In this document: piece after piece, positions 22,701 to 56,889 of the stretch
Position numbering within the stretch: the stretch's first letter is position 1
Layout: each line of letters begins with the position of its first letter
Source of the DNA: Schmidtea polychroa
Taxonomy: Eukaryota
Direction: 5' to 3'
NCBI GenBank assembly: GCA_044892525.1
Contig: CM097885.1
Coordinates: forward strand, 22,136,001-22,200,000
DNA length: 64,000 nucleotides
Made by a program: the position numbers and the translations under genes
Notes under the pieces: generated by a model
Database searches by the model: none
What the model saw: the letters and a program-made list of their open reading frames with translations, nothing else
Told to the model about the DNA's origin: nothing

Positions 22701-24995
22701 GGTTTATGAATTTCTATTAAGATGCGATGTTGCCGGTGTTCATCATCATTAGTCATGCCTTGCTGCGACTCACTGTTAAATAATGAAGAAAATTTTATCG
22801 TCTAGATTGTTATGACACCATCTCGATCTAATACACTACACTTTACTACTACAGCGATATCGACCTGCATACTACACTAGATCGGGTAGACTCGTCGGTG
22901 TGTATCGCTGCGTTCATCAGGCTTTGGGTGTAGTCTTAATACCAGATTCTGTTGGACGATAAAGATTCAGTTTTGCTTGGACTTGTAGAAAACGATTTGT
23001 CAACTTTTCGGAATTATCTATCACTCTATCAGTTGGGATTTTAATTCCTTGAGTACATCTCTTATGATTAGTGTTTGCTCGGGATAACTGCTGTCAACCT
23101 TGTCTGTGTGGTGTCGTAGTTTCTTATCCGTCGACTGCAGCCAATTCCTAATAGAACAGAAACGAAAGATAATTTCTCGACTCTCGTCGACGGCAGTTTT
23201 ACTCAATACTATAGCGAGTATTTGTATTAATTATCTGAGAATGTTTATGTTTTATCTAGATCGACGGTTGAATAATGATAGTGGCCTGTCGAACCTCGAT
23301 TTCTATGTCCACTCAGACTTTACAGATAGACGACGCTAGGGATTTATGCGCTAACGACTTTCGATACGAGCTATCAGACAGATCCCGAAAAAATACCGGT
23401 AATTATGGGAAATTGTTGGACATTCTCTCTAAGTATGGTCATTCGAGCACTCCTCCCAATTACGTTAATAGGCAAGCCATGCGCAAAAAATTCACTCCGA
23501 GTTATATGGATCCTCATGAAGTCGAAAAACAAGATACAAATGTCTAAATCTCCTGACTCGTTCTCATTTTTGGAATTTACATTATCTTTCCATCTAATCG
23601 AAATCTTGGTGGACTGCATGAAAAACGAAGATACTTTATGAATGATCGCGCTCGGTGAAAGGAATCTCACTCCACAATCGGATATTCAACCTGCTGAGTC
23701 TCCTCACCCCTCATGACATACCCAAGAAGGCATTCATTTCTGCCGCCGTTCTTGCACCGTCATGAGGGACCATTCGACTTGTTCTCATGAAAGCAATAAT
23801 TCGTGCACAAATTATGACAATAAAATAGTAAATAATGAGCAAATAAATCAATCAAAATCTTACCCGGCGACCCTAGCATTTGGACTCCAAGTATGATGTC
23901 ATCTTTTCCCTACAATCACACATTTGTCATGACCTGGCGAACATCTCATACAACCATTATCATTTTCTCCAAGTATCAATTGTCTTTCGACATCTTCTGG
24001 ATGCATAAAATGACAAACTCCTCGTGGTATCTCTCCTCACTGTGGTATAACTCCTGCTTGTCCACATCATACTTGGGGCTCCCAGATGGTACAGTCGCCG
24101 GCACCATGAAGGAAAAAGCTATTTTCATTTAAATAAATTTATTGCAAGAAATGAGTTTGTTTTTATTTTCAACCATTAACTAAATCAAACCAATAAACAT
24201 AAATAAATCAACATACTTCAAGCTTTGAAAACTGGATTAAATTGAACTTAGAACTTGTCTTGAATAAATTTGTCGTTAGTCGCTAAGTAATCCTCCCTAG
24301 ATTTAGTTTTGAAATCTCTGAGTTAGTTCACTGTGGTTAAAGGTTCCGTAATCTGTAGAGTAGTTCGAATGAATGAATTTTTCCCTGTAGAGTATTTTGA
24401 AAAGTGGTACATAATGAATGAATTTTTACCTGTAGAGTATTTTGAAAAGTGGTACTCTACTAATTTTTCGCGTTTCTTATATACTATTTTTCGTCCAATC
24501 AGGACACGACTTGTTTGTAATTTCGTTATTTATTATTATTTTTATGTTTTTATTATAATATATTAGATTTTAATAACTTAACTTATTTCTTATTATTATT
24601 TTATTTATTTTCTTATTTTATTATTTCTTTCTCCTATTTTTCCTGCGGATTTATTGTTACTTTATTGTAGTATGATTTTTTGTTTTAATTAGACTTAAAG
24701 ATGGTTTTATTTTTATTTATTTCTTTAATTTCTCGCTTTTTTACTTATTCTATTTCTACTTTATCCGCTGTGTGTCGTAAATCATTTCCTTTTTGTTTTA
24801 TTTCCACATCTAAGGGGTTTATTGGGTTTTATTTATTTTGGTTGCTTATTCCTATTCTTTTATTGGTATTTTATTGTTTCTTCCTACTTACTACTGAGAT
24901 TTGATGGTATTTTATTTTTTATCTTATTTCATTTATTCTTCGAGGTTCGCTTTTCTATTTGATCCAGTTTTTCCACTTCAAATTTTAGCCCAACA
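19729..24995 (-). mobile_element. 5267-bp TG..CA unit, probable giant solo LTR with coding cargo
   Basis: TGTTGG...CCAACA termini; 4-bp TSD CTTC at 19725-19728 and 24996-24999; no gag/pol motifs and no internal LTR pair; minus-strand TATA-like TATATAAG ~24476-24483 with a nearby CCAAT. Confidence 0.72.
21336..22100 (-). CDS. Orphan 254-aa protein within the 5.3-kb unit
   Basis: GC-elevated uninterrupted ORF; CxxC, predicted coiled coil, Pro-rich linker, basic NRKRKRPTRAEKNKKRR segment; ATG directly preceded by a TTTAG acceptor-like site. Confidence 0.6.
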   Translation of the reverse strand: MTAPIKSGKDLRPCFSCSDKNEDINKLHAYIGALKKRIDLYEGTWFSRPQMKEERQKISRLEHCRDSLLEESRCQRLTIKAQSEALHKIYTDVEISKRVREYPIQDGTNVFPIHHQVSEVPSTTRCKGHNPQLSPIFAPVLSSPRPTTTGPSNPILAPTLQPPRIQPTVETTAPNRKRKRPTRAEKNKKRRNTIAALEASLSVAQSTIKEISESHSIPNQEIFRVVPADGIQYLADRRLPVDIDEMLAEGEIFQ

Positions 24996-25739
24996 CTTCA
25001 CGTATTTTTACATTATATTTAATCAAATTTAAACCATTGAAAATCCATGAAATGGATATAAAAACGAAAACCAGCAAGAATTTAAACCCTAACCTAATAA
25101 AAAGGAAAAAGCAAAACATATCTCGACACTGTCAGAGATAAAATGGGAACAGTCTGGAAAATGCGGGAGAAAGAGAAATGAGAAACATTAGATTATTTAG
25201 AGACATAAAGTAATGTATAATTTCCTGGTTCAGAAATCATTTATCAGTATCTATTTATCAAGTTAAAAATAATAAACATTAAAAAATTGAAAATTAAATT
25301 AGATAGATAAAAATAATAAAAATATAATAAATAATCGAATAAAAAAATAAAAATAACAATTAAATAAATAAATAAAATAATAAATTTAAATAAATAAATA
25401 AAGTACGTAATTGAAATAAAATAATTAATTAATAAAAAGAAATAAATGAAAAAATTAAATTTAAATTTAAAAAATGATTAAATTAGTTTATTTTTGATAA
25501 TTTTAACATAATTTTAATGACATTGTGATGACCTTGAAAGGTTATTGTGGTAAAAGTGCACGGTGTCGTTACTACTTACCACTACATTTTTATAACTTTT
25601 GTGATATAATTATAAAAAATAATTTTTTTATTAATTTAAGTATTTAAAATCTATGTAACATAATATGATCTCCGTTTCTTAACTAAAACTTATTATTAGA
25701 AAAAATTTCTTCTTTAAAAGTGAAATTTAATTATCACTC

Positions 25740-26600
25740 GATAACTGATGATGTTAATCATTTGTTTAATTCGAATAAAGTAACATAATTGTTTGTTCAT
25801 TAAATTGTATCGAATTATAATATGAAAATTAACGGTTTAATTCCAGCAAGGTTTCTAGTTTTACTAAGCCATTTAATAATTATAATGTCTATTATTTTTC
25901 AAAGAGTAAGTATGTAATTTAATTTATAAAGATATTAAATTTAGGATAGGGTAAACATAACAAAATAGAATCTATTGAAGATAATCAGTGAGATATAATT
26001 GAAAGAGATTATAATTACAAAGCATTCCAATTAAGGTTTTCCATGGGATTATCTATATCAGTTGTGTTCATTCTATTTGAGCTGTGTAGTTTCGTAAGTG
26101 GCGTAACAATGTTTAAAAATACATATTCGTTATTTGGTAGAATTTATATTAATTATTAAACTTAAGCTAATCGTGATTAGTAAGCGTAGCTCATGTGGCA
26201 GGAACGAGTTGTTTAAGTTATTTCATAAATGAAAAGTGGTCAATTGAAAAGTTTTGGTATATATTTTATAGCACTGTTCTAGTTCCTGGAATTGCCGAAT
26301 TTGTTAACGTTATGACCAGGTTGTGTTTCCGTCAGAGTCTTTAATGTGTTTTAGTTTTAATGAATTTTTATTAAATGCAATATTGGTTTTATTTAAATTA
26401 ATGTTGGTTATTTACGTTTCAATGTTTTGTGAAATGATGAGTTTGGAAATATAAGTATTTAGGATAGATAAACAGAGCATTTTCGGGACTTATGATATTA
26501 TTTTTAGTTTTTTAGTAACGAATTTGAAGTTATACTGTTTAAAAAAACAGTTTGCTTTTAAAAGAACTTAAAAATCCAAAATGCTACCGTTGATAACAGA
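25740..26600 (-). mobile_element. Degenerate repeat, probable non-LTR retrotransposon relic (copy 2)
   Basis: Paralogous to 12100-12900; broken minus-strand frames (NEYVFLNIVTPLTKL...). Confidence 0.4.
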
Positions 26601-26727
26601 TATTTTAATAAAAGTTAGGAAACGCTTTTTTTACACGGATTTCTGATGAAAATATGTACAGTGTAAAAAACGAGTGGGGTATATAAGATTTTATTCTCAA
26701 TAACAAAAAAACCATTTTACAAAATAA

Positions 26728-27367
26728 CGTATTCCGACAATCCGCCAACAAGACAATCTGCCAACACGACAATCCGCCAACATTAAAAAATTGGCCAACG
26801 CTGACATTTATAAAAAAATATTTGTAGGTCATCCATATTAAAATTAACTCACATGTACTTGTACAACAAATTTGCCTAAATAATCATTCAAATAAAAGCA
26901 TTAAAATCAAATACCAGTACCTTTATGATCAGTATCATGGCGACATGTTGAATGTGAGTAGTACTCTTGTGAGCAATACCCATAGGGGGTCAAAACATCT
27001 TGTCGGATAAACTCAGAGTATATTTAATAAAACGAATTAACTCATTAAAATTTATCATTGAATCAGTCAAATTATCACAAATTTTGATAAAAAATCTTGT
27101 TTACCTCTCAGCCAGTTAAATTGTTTAAATATTTAATTAAAATTTTATATTAAACAATTACTAGTTGATTCTTATCTTTCAGCGGAGAATTTATTATTAA
27201 AATTTTAAAAATATAATAAATTTAAAATGTATGTATGTTAAAACAAAAATTTATCGACTTTTTGGCAGATTGTCGCTTTGAACTATTTGGCGGATTGTCA
27301 TTTGGCGAATTGTCGTTTGGCGAATTGTCGTTTGGCGAATTGTCGTTTGGCGGATTTTCGTACAACC
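26728..27367 (-). mobile_element. MULE-derived non-autonomous element
   Basis: Inverted arrays of a 15-bp GACAAT(C/T)CGCCAA(C/A) subterminal repeat at both ends; approximate 9-bp TSD ACAAAATAA / ACAAATAAA. Confidence 0.7.
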
Positions 27368-27439
27368 ACAAAATAAAATATACAATATTTAGAAATATAT
27401 TTGTTTTTACATCTTTTTGCTTTATTGAAGTGCTTCCCA

Positions 27440-29400
27440 AAATGGTTGTTGACGGTCCGGCACCGGTCAATGAGATCTATATAGCCGGTCCGCACCATGG
27501 TCCAAGAAACTGGTTAAAAAAATTTGGCCTAATATAAAATTGGCCATGCTCAAATTCATACAAATTTCATGATATATTTATGATTATATTAAAAGGAAAA
27601 AGATAGCTGTAATAAAGGAAATGTCTGAAGTTGAAGGAATTTGATTTAGCTTCTGATAATATTTCTTTCCTGATTAATTCTTCCATAATTTTAACTTTGA
27701 TTTTATCTATTTGTTAGTAATCTGCATTTTACCCGTTCGTGCCATTTCCGACGCAATCCAAGATACAATGACTTGTTTAGCCATCCGTCACCCATTGAGG
27801 GACCAAAGTTAGTAATGTGTCGTGTGTGGGTGAGTGCACCTCTGTACACTATTATCATCGAATATTCCAATGGGTTCGCAGGCTGGAGATAGAAGGCCTG
27901 TGCCCGACTTCAGTTAGACACCTTCACATTATGCCCACTGGCGCAACTCCTGAGGCCGGTGTCGGTCCGATGGAATTCAACGCATTCGAACTGGAAACAC
28001 AAATAACTACATTTTAGTTTATTATGGTATCACACTCGGTTATCACAATAATTTAGTGGTAGGTTACAGGTAAGCATATATTTTACCTTGTCGTGATGTT
28101 TCCAGCATAATCCAGAATACAAAGGATGTGTTTTACCGCTTGATACCCATTGAGTTACCGAGTGGGGATTGCTCGTAAAACGCGAGCGCACTACTTGTAT
28201 TATAATTGTCGGGCACTCGTTTGGGTTCACGGACTACCGATAGAAGGCTTATGTCCGATTTCTCTTGGTCCTTTTGTTAGATCATTTTTCCAAACCCATT
28301 AAACATTTATCATACTCGCCAGACATTTATAATTCATTCGCTTTCTCATTTCTTTGGGACTGAACCACGTGCCTTCCAGCTCTCAGCACCGCTTCTTAAA
28401 TTTCAGGAGTCTCCGTCTTAAATATTCCACCTGGGCTTGAGTTTCCTTTCAATCGGTCCGCAAGTTCTTCAATAACTTCAGCACTGAATTATAAGATTAT
28501 TCATTTAAGTTATATAGTATTTGAAGTGGTTACACCATTTTCAAATCCGCCAAGAATTTATTTGGTGGAATGCCCATAGACGTGGATATATGTTGAGGGA
28601 ACCCTTTCCATACCTACCTTATTATTATTTGATGTTATCACAAAGTTACTAAGGTATGTAGTCTGCACCGTAATTACTTTATTTAGCTAGCTAGAGTCGA
28701 AATTATTCCTAGGCCTTTTAGGGTGAAGAAGATGAAATCGAAACAAAATACAAAACAATATAAATGGATAAATGACAAAGATATATATTAAGCAAATAAA
28801 AATTAGTCACAAGACTATGATCACAGGTCATACATTGTATGGATAACAAATTTGGAGTTAGTGAGTCAACAAATTAAACGAATCAAAAGAAATGAATATA
28901 GTTATTACGACGCCTTTCGTCAGATACGGTGCGACTGGCTGGGGTGATTGGACAATTGAGGAGTTTGTATGGGCCCGCTCCTGCTCCATCTGGATACGTG
29001 TTAGTCAGTCCGTGTCGGTTCCTACGATGTCTACCTTGTCGGGATCCCCGAACTTTTCACTACTTATCTGGAACTCGATTCACCGTAGCCTGGCCACCGC
29101 AACTCCGATGTCCATGATTGCCAGTATACAGGCCTCATGTAGTAGATTGTTTTGGGCCTCTTGTTTGACCCAGACCGGGGCTCCTAGCTGGCGTCCCAGC
29201 CTGACGACCTGGCCAAATTCTGCTACTGGTGCCATATCCACCGGGTCCAGAGTCTGGTTACGGAGTTTGACTTGTCCATCCCCACGATACTCTGCACTTC
29301 TTTTCCTTGTTTGACCATTTGGGGGCGATGTGTTTTAAGACGAGCTAGTTGTGTATAGGTCGATCTGATCTGGTTGGTTGTGCAACCTTAATGGTGAAGT
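27440..29400 (-). mobile_element. Degenerate GC-elevated coding relic, possibly retroelement integrase tail plus accessory ORF
   Basis: Broken minus-strand frames, e.g. NQFLGPW near 27495 (GPY/F-like) and a ~140-codon frame at 28890-29320 with two stops. Confidence 0.3.
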
Positions 29401-30559
29401 TTCCATCACACTATACGTACAGGTTCTACAATTATTATATTCAATCATTCACAAATAAAATGATCGGACTATGGGAGTCGGAAAAAATGTAATAAAATAG
29501 AATTATATGAGTTTAGTTTGACAGACTGTAAAATTATTATATCCGTATTCATCTCTTCATATGCTATAAAGAAATTTTATGCGGCACTGACTCTGAAAAT
29601 CTGACCTTTAACTTCATTTTCATGATCAGTTCTTTTCAAATCACATTTTTATAATTTGTTTTATTGTATATTTTCCAAAAATGATTATCAAGTTCCAGGT
29701 CCAATCTCATTACATTTTATTTACATATTATTTTCCGCATTGAGATCGTTTTTTGATATAAGATTTTGTATTAAAAAATCAAAACTAATTGGTAAAAATT
29801 TAAATATATTTTAACCGGAAAAGCTCTGAAAAGGTCTCTATTAATATATAGCATCGTATGAATTTTCCTTTTATGAATAAATGTAAAGGGAATTTCAAGC
29901 AAACCAATGCAAATGAGCTGCATTGTATTGTCATTATAGGTTCAATTCATTAAAAACTACTATTTATTTTACGCAAGGAAAATGTCACTCAAATTGTTTA
30001 TTAATTGCATTCAAAATATCGCTGCTAGTGTCGCATAGGATTACAAAAATTGGATTAGCTGAATTAAAAATGGAAAAGTCTACAATTTCTGAAGGATAGC
30101 TATTGACAAAACAAAGAAATGATGAATAATCTTTACGCTACTGAAGGCCCTAGGAAAATTAAACATCAAAAACCAGTTTATTAATTGGGTAAATTACGTT
30201 TGGAAATTTGATAGACAAGATAAACCCAAGAATCTTGAAGTCAGATCATTGGTTAACATTTATAGGGAATTTATTATAAAGGCTAACGGATTCCAAATAC
30301 AATACAATATTAGCCCAAAAATCAATCTTGAGATAAATTATCAATGTTAAAACCATATTCACACAAAGCATAATTTTCTAAGAATTATCTCTTTAAGATG
30401 AGAGCTACCTAGTTGGAGAGAAGTTATTTATTTTTGTTGAAAAATAAGTTTCAATTGTTATGTCTTGTTAAAAAAAAAGAAACCAAATATCGAGATCTTC
30501 CTTACGAACAGTACTAACAAGGATCAGTTGTGATAATTGTATCAAGTTTTTATTTTTAC

Positions 30560-31015
30560 TATTTATCATTTGCTTAACGCCAAGTTTATAAGTCAACAAA
30601 ATCACGACTCCAAATTCTTCGATAATTCTCTTACAACCTCTCCAAATTGACTCAATACGAAGCAATGGCCTAACGATAGCCCGATAATAGATTCGACGTG
30701 TGGCAATAATCTTTTAACTTTCAGCATATTGATGTTTGACTTGAGTTGATTTTGAGAAATTCACATAATCTGACCAATTGGGAAAACTCTTTAAATCCAA
30801 ACCCATTGTCTCAATACCATACATAAAATAAACAATCGTCCGATGAGAAATTCGACGTACAGCAATTGTCATTTGACTTTCAGCATATTGACGTTTGACT
30901 TGAGTTTATTTTAAGAAATTCACATAATCTGACCAAATAGAAGAACTCTTTAAGTCCAAACCCAGTTTATCTACTTCATAATCATAATCTTGAGACATTC
31001 TTTCTTTGAAACTTT
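30560..31015 (-). pseudogene. CSTF3: CstF-77 / suppressor of forked (CSTF3)-like fragment with internal duplication
   Basis: SFKERMSQDYDY..DKLGLDLKSSSIWSDYVNFLK..YAESQ..AVRRI...P.LRIESIWR resembles CSTF3 SYKEKMAQAYDFALDKIG..IWVDYINFLK..YAENQRITAVRRVY..PMINIEQLWR; two in-frame stops. Confidence 0.8.
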
Positions 31016-31929
31016 AATATTCAAATCTTGTTCCAAAAATGTTCTTTAAAACAAACTTTTAAAACGAAAACTCCAGAAAGTTCGAAAAATAAATCCAAAA
31101 TTCAAAAACAAATAAGAATCAATTCGACAAATCACAATTCCAACGAAAACATACAGATCAACTGGGCGATGTAAGCCTTTTGTCGCAATCAGTAAAACTA
31201 ATATTTGATTATTACTTTCAAAATTTCTATAAAGGTGAAACATTTTATCGAAAACACTTATATTTTTAAAAATTTTGATAGGCTTATAAATTATTTTTTA
31301 GAAATTGAAAGATTTTAATTGTTTTATATAATAGTTTGGTTATGCGTGAAAATAAATATTTAAGCTGTTGCTGACAATAACATTATCGAGGTGCATAAAA
31401 TTTGAGAATTATTTAAACACTTCCTACGATTCCAAATGAAAAAATTAAACCCTGCAGCATAATTAATTTGAGCATCTGAGCAATTATTTCATTGTTCGGG
31501 AAATGAGAATGTAAATAAATTTCACGTTTAGAGAATATAACTCTCTGAAAATATATTTAACTTTTATAAAAATTATGTTTATTTTCCCTGATTTTCCCAT
31601 TTCCTTCAATTTCACAGTTTTGAGAATTAAAACTATCGGGAAAAAATATTTTTAGATAGAATTTTTTTGAAAAAAATTAATAATTTAAATCTTCTCATGG
31701 GGATTTGTTGTTGTGATTGTAACTAACTTTTCGCATTTCTATAATTTCTATTACATAAAATCATCATGCAAAATGTCAAAATATAATTTATTAACTATTG
31801 AAAGTGTGAATATACAATTTATTTGAACTTAAACTCTTTGTACAAATTAACAGAAAAAATCATTGTAAAAGAAAACATTTCAATGTCAACATGTTTTGAA
31901 TTGATATATAAACGTTATAAACTAAAAAT

Positions 31930-32290
31930 TATATTAATAATAAAAATTATTAATAATAATAAATAATAAAAATTAATAAATAATAATAAATAATAATAAT
32001 TAATAATAAAAAATAATATTAATAAATAATAATATTAATAAATAATATTAATAATAAAAATAATAATAATTAATAATGAAAATTAATAAATAATAATAAA
32101 CAATAATAATCATTAATAATAAATATTAAAAATAATATTAATAAATAATAAAAATAATAAATGATAATAATAATAAATAATAAAAATTAATAAATAATAA
32201 TAATAAATAAAAATAATAATAATTAATAATAAAAATTAATAAATAATAATAAAAATAATAAATGATAATAATAAATAATAAAAATTTATA

Positions 32291-32321
<31 letters not shown>

Positions 32322-32535
32322 TTAAAAATAATATTAATAATAAAAATTATTAAATAATAATAATAATAAATAATAATAATTAATAATAAAAATTAATAAA
32401 TAATAATAATATTAAAAATAATATTAATAAATAATAATAAATAAAAATAAATACTAATAAATAATAAAAATTATTAATAATAATAATAAACAATAATAAA
32501 AATTAATAAATAATAATAATAATAATAATAATAAT

Positions 32536-32566
<31 letters not shown>

Positions 32567-32774
32567 AAAATAATATTAATAATAAAAATTATTAAATAAT
32601 AATAATAATAAATAATAATAATTAATAATAAAAATTAATAAATAATAATAATATTAAAAATAATATTAATAAATAATAATAAATAAAAATAAATACTAAT
32701 AAATAATAAAAATTATTAATAATAATAATAAACAATAATAAAAATTAATAAATAATAATAATAATAATAATAAT

Positions 32775-32805
<31 letters not shown>

Positions 32806-32956
32806 AAAATAATATTAATAATAAAAATTATTAAATAATAATAATAATAAATAATAATAATAATTAATAATAAAAATTAATAAATAATAATAATATTAAA
32901 AATAATATTAATAAATAATAATAAATAAAAATAATAATAATAATAATAATAATAAT

Positions 32957-32990
<34 letters not shown>
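31930..32990. repeat. Compound (AAT/AAAT) low-complexity satellite with higher-order repeats
   Basis: About 1 kb of almost pure A/T, followed by (TA)n at 33012-33065. Confidence 0.95.
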
Positions 32991-32991
<1 letters not shown>

Positions 32992-33007
32992 CAATAAATT
33001 CACACAT

Positions 33008-33068
<61 letters not shown>

Positions 33069-33441
33069 CAACATGCAATCTTTTCCAACAAAATCCCGCG
33101 AAAACTTGCATTTCAAAGAAATAATTTAAAGAATAGTGGAAAACAGTAGTCATAGCAATATAATAACAATAACAAAAGTATTATTACAAATAAATAGCAT
33201 TTTCTGCACTGAGATCGTTTTGCCATAAAATTATACCAAACACATCAGAATAATATCATAAAACTAAATGAATGTCATTATATATCAGAATAGCTCGAGG
33301 TAGAAAATATGCATTTATTTCATTATTTATTTATATTTGTATTTATATATGTATGTATATTTATATATATTTATATAAAGAATATTATTCCTCCTTTAAA
33401 ATACTTGATTAAATCATCTAAGAGTAAACTGTGTGTCGGCA

Positions 33442-54707
<21,266 letters not shown>

Positions 54708-54855
54708 CTAAAAATAAAGGTAATTATATTATCAATCTTATTTTACATGCAAACAAATAATAGAATTTATTGAAATATTAAAAACCTAATGTTTGATCCA
54801 AATATCGTAAAAAACCTATAATAATTTTAATTAGTACCATACAGTGGTAAGATTA

Positions 54856-55030
54856 CCGTATTTTCCCGCATATAACCCGCATTCGCAGATAACCGTCATA
54901 CTCAGATACCCCACAAGTTTTTAAGTTTTGTGTAAAAATTAAGCAATATAGTAAAATAACAAATACTTGTAAAAAATGTTTGATATAACCCGCGCTCATA
55001 TATACCCCGTACCCCCCCCCTGTGGGATAC
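54856..55030. mobile_element. Truncated pogo-like MITE related to 40692-40907
   Basis: Starts TA|CCGTATTTTCCCGCATATAACCCGCA. Confidence 0.55.
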
Positions 55031-55299
55031 GTAAAATTCGGTATTGCTAAATAATATCTTTGAAATTTCGGTAATTCCTGGAAAAATCGAGTAGTTAATG
55101 TAGGTAAAGAAATTATTAAAGATGAAATTGATTCTTTTAATATTGATGCTTAAAAGGATATGATTGTAAGTTTTTGTTCATATATTTAGGTGTTTTCTAT
55201 TATATAATAAAATTTATTAAATAAATTATACTTCCTATTTCCGATGTCCAACAAAAAATATAGAAAGGTGAAAATAAGACAAACAGATAGGCCTTAATC

Positions 55300-55870
55300 G
55301 AGATAAAGAATATATTTAGAAACCTGATATTCTAACTAAGCGCTTAGGAAAGAGGAGATTTGAAATCAATTTGATAATGACAGTTTGATACTCTAATATA
55401 TCAGAAAATGAATATTTCAATTCTCAAAGGATTTATAGTATTCAATGAAAAATTAAATTAATTGGCATTTTTCTCATTACACTATTTTCACCGAATCAAA
55501 TTTTCTAGTCGAAATTCCTGTTTTTGATAGAACAAATTTTATGCTCGGTAAAGGAGGAATAAAAACTGATTTGTTTTCCTTGATTAACACAAGACCACAG
55601 ATGATTCATTAGCTGTTCTTACAGGTATTACAGTAGTATTTAATAAAATTAAAAATTAATTAACAAAAAATTAAGGTTATAACAGAATAGTTGATATTTT
55701 TAATAGTCATTTTGGAACCGAAAAAGAACTGAAAAAAGTAAAAGAATGCATTTGCCATTGGTTCAAGTCACTTAAGATATCAAGACAGCTAGTTTTTTGA
55801 AAACTTAATTTTCACTCCATTTACACATAAAGCACGGGAAGACGGTTTCCCGCACTGAAAATTATGAATA
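55300..55870 (+). mobile_element. Possible piggyBac C-terminal relic
   Basis: Degenerate Y...KGG and RP.R...AV motifs; heavily broken frame. Confidence 0.35.
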
Positions 55871-56889
55871 AATCGTAATACATAAAATTTCATAATTATG
55901 AATTTTTATTAATTAAATGATAATTATATTTTAATAATATTATTGCCATTATTTATTTTTATCCTATTTAAATCTAAAAACAAAAACCTGAACAACTAAT
56001 GATTTTAATTTCATTATTACTTATAATTTTACTGGTCTTATTAAAAAATAGACGTTTTCAGAAGAGGAAAGCAAGGAAACTGAAGAAATCTTTCAATTAT
56101 ATTCGTTGGAAAGCGACCCCAGATGCTGTGGATCAGATGGGTGATTCATGAAAAAAATAAAAGGACATCTAACATAAAGGATCAATAAAATTGTGACTTG
56201 TTGAAATAATAAATTAATAAAAATATTTGACAAAAAGAAAAATTAGAATAAATAATGAAATGAAATAATTTACAATGTTAATATGGTATAAAAAATTTAA
56301 TTATGGTCGATAGGCTAAATTTGAGGGTATTATTAGACAAACAGAATTAAAATATTATTAGACAAAAAAATTAGTAAGTGTGTCGCAAGCAAAAAAAAAG
56401 TTGATAATCATTGATGGGTGTTGAGGAGTCGGTTTGGCAACCTCGTCAAACTCTAGTCGGAACAACACTTCGATTCTTTCAAAAATACCAAATTCTTTAC
56501 ATCAGTTTAATGTTATTTATAAAAAATGCATTAACAAAATTTTTAATTTAATAAAATATAAGTTTTTGCAAATGAAAATAAATATTTATTAAAAATTTGA
56601 TAGAGGGCTCTGGAAAACTTGATCTCTGAAAAATGGGTAACACTATTCTAAATGAATATCCGTACACAAATTCGTCAGTAAAATAATGATTAAATGAGGT
56701 GACATGTTTTTGTAGTTCTTCAAACATTCAAAATGATTTAAAGTAAACAAAAATATTTGTTCATAAATGCGAAAATTAACTTTGAAAATTAAAAATTCAA
56801 GTCATTTTCGTAGATACAAAGCAATATCTAAAACCTATAACATATCATATCAACTGGCAATAGTAATTATAATTTATCACAGTAATCAC

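Noticed and set aside
22905..22930. CTGATGA hammerhead core on the minus strand (and other CTGATGA hits)
   Set aside because: No flanking stems or correctly placed GAAA were recognised.
27222..27537. ORFs with NDNSP / FGELS repeats
   Set aside because: Translations of 15-bp MULE subterminal repeats.
28892..29314. 140-aa plus-strand ORF as a gene
   Set aside because: Ser/Thr/Trp-rich shadow of a more protein-like minus-strand frame.
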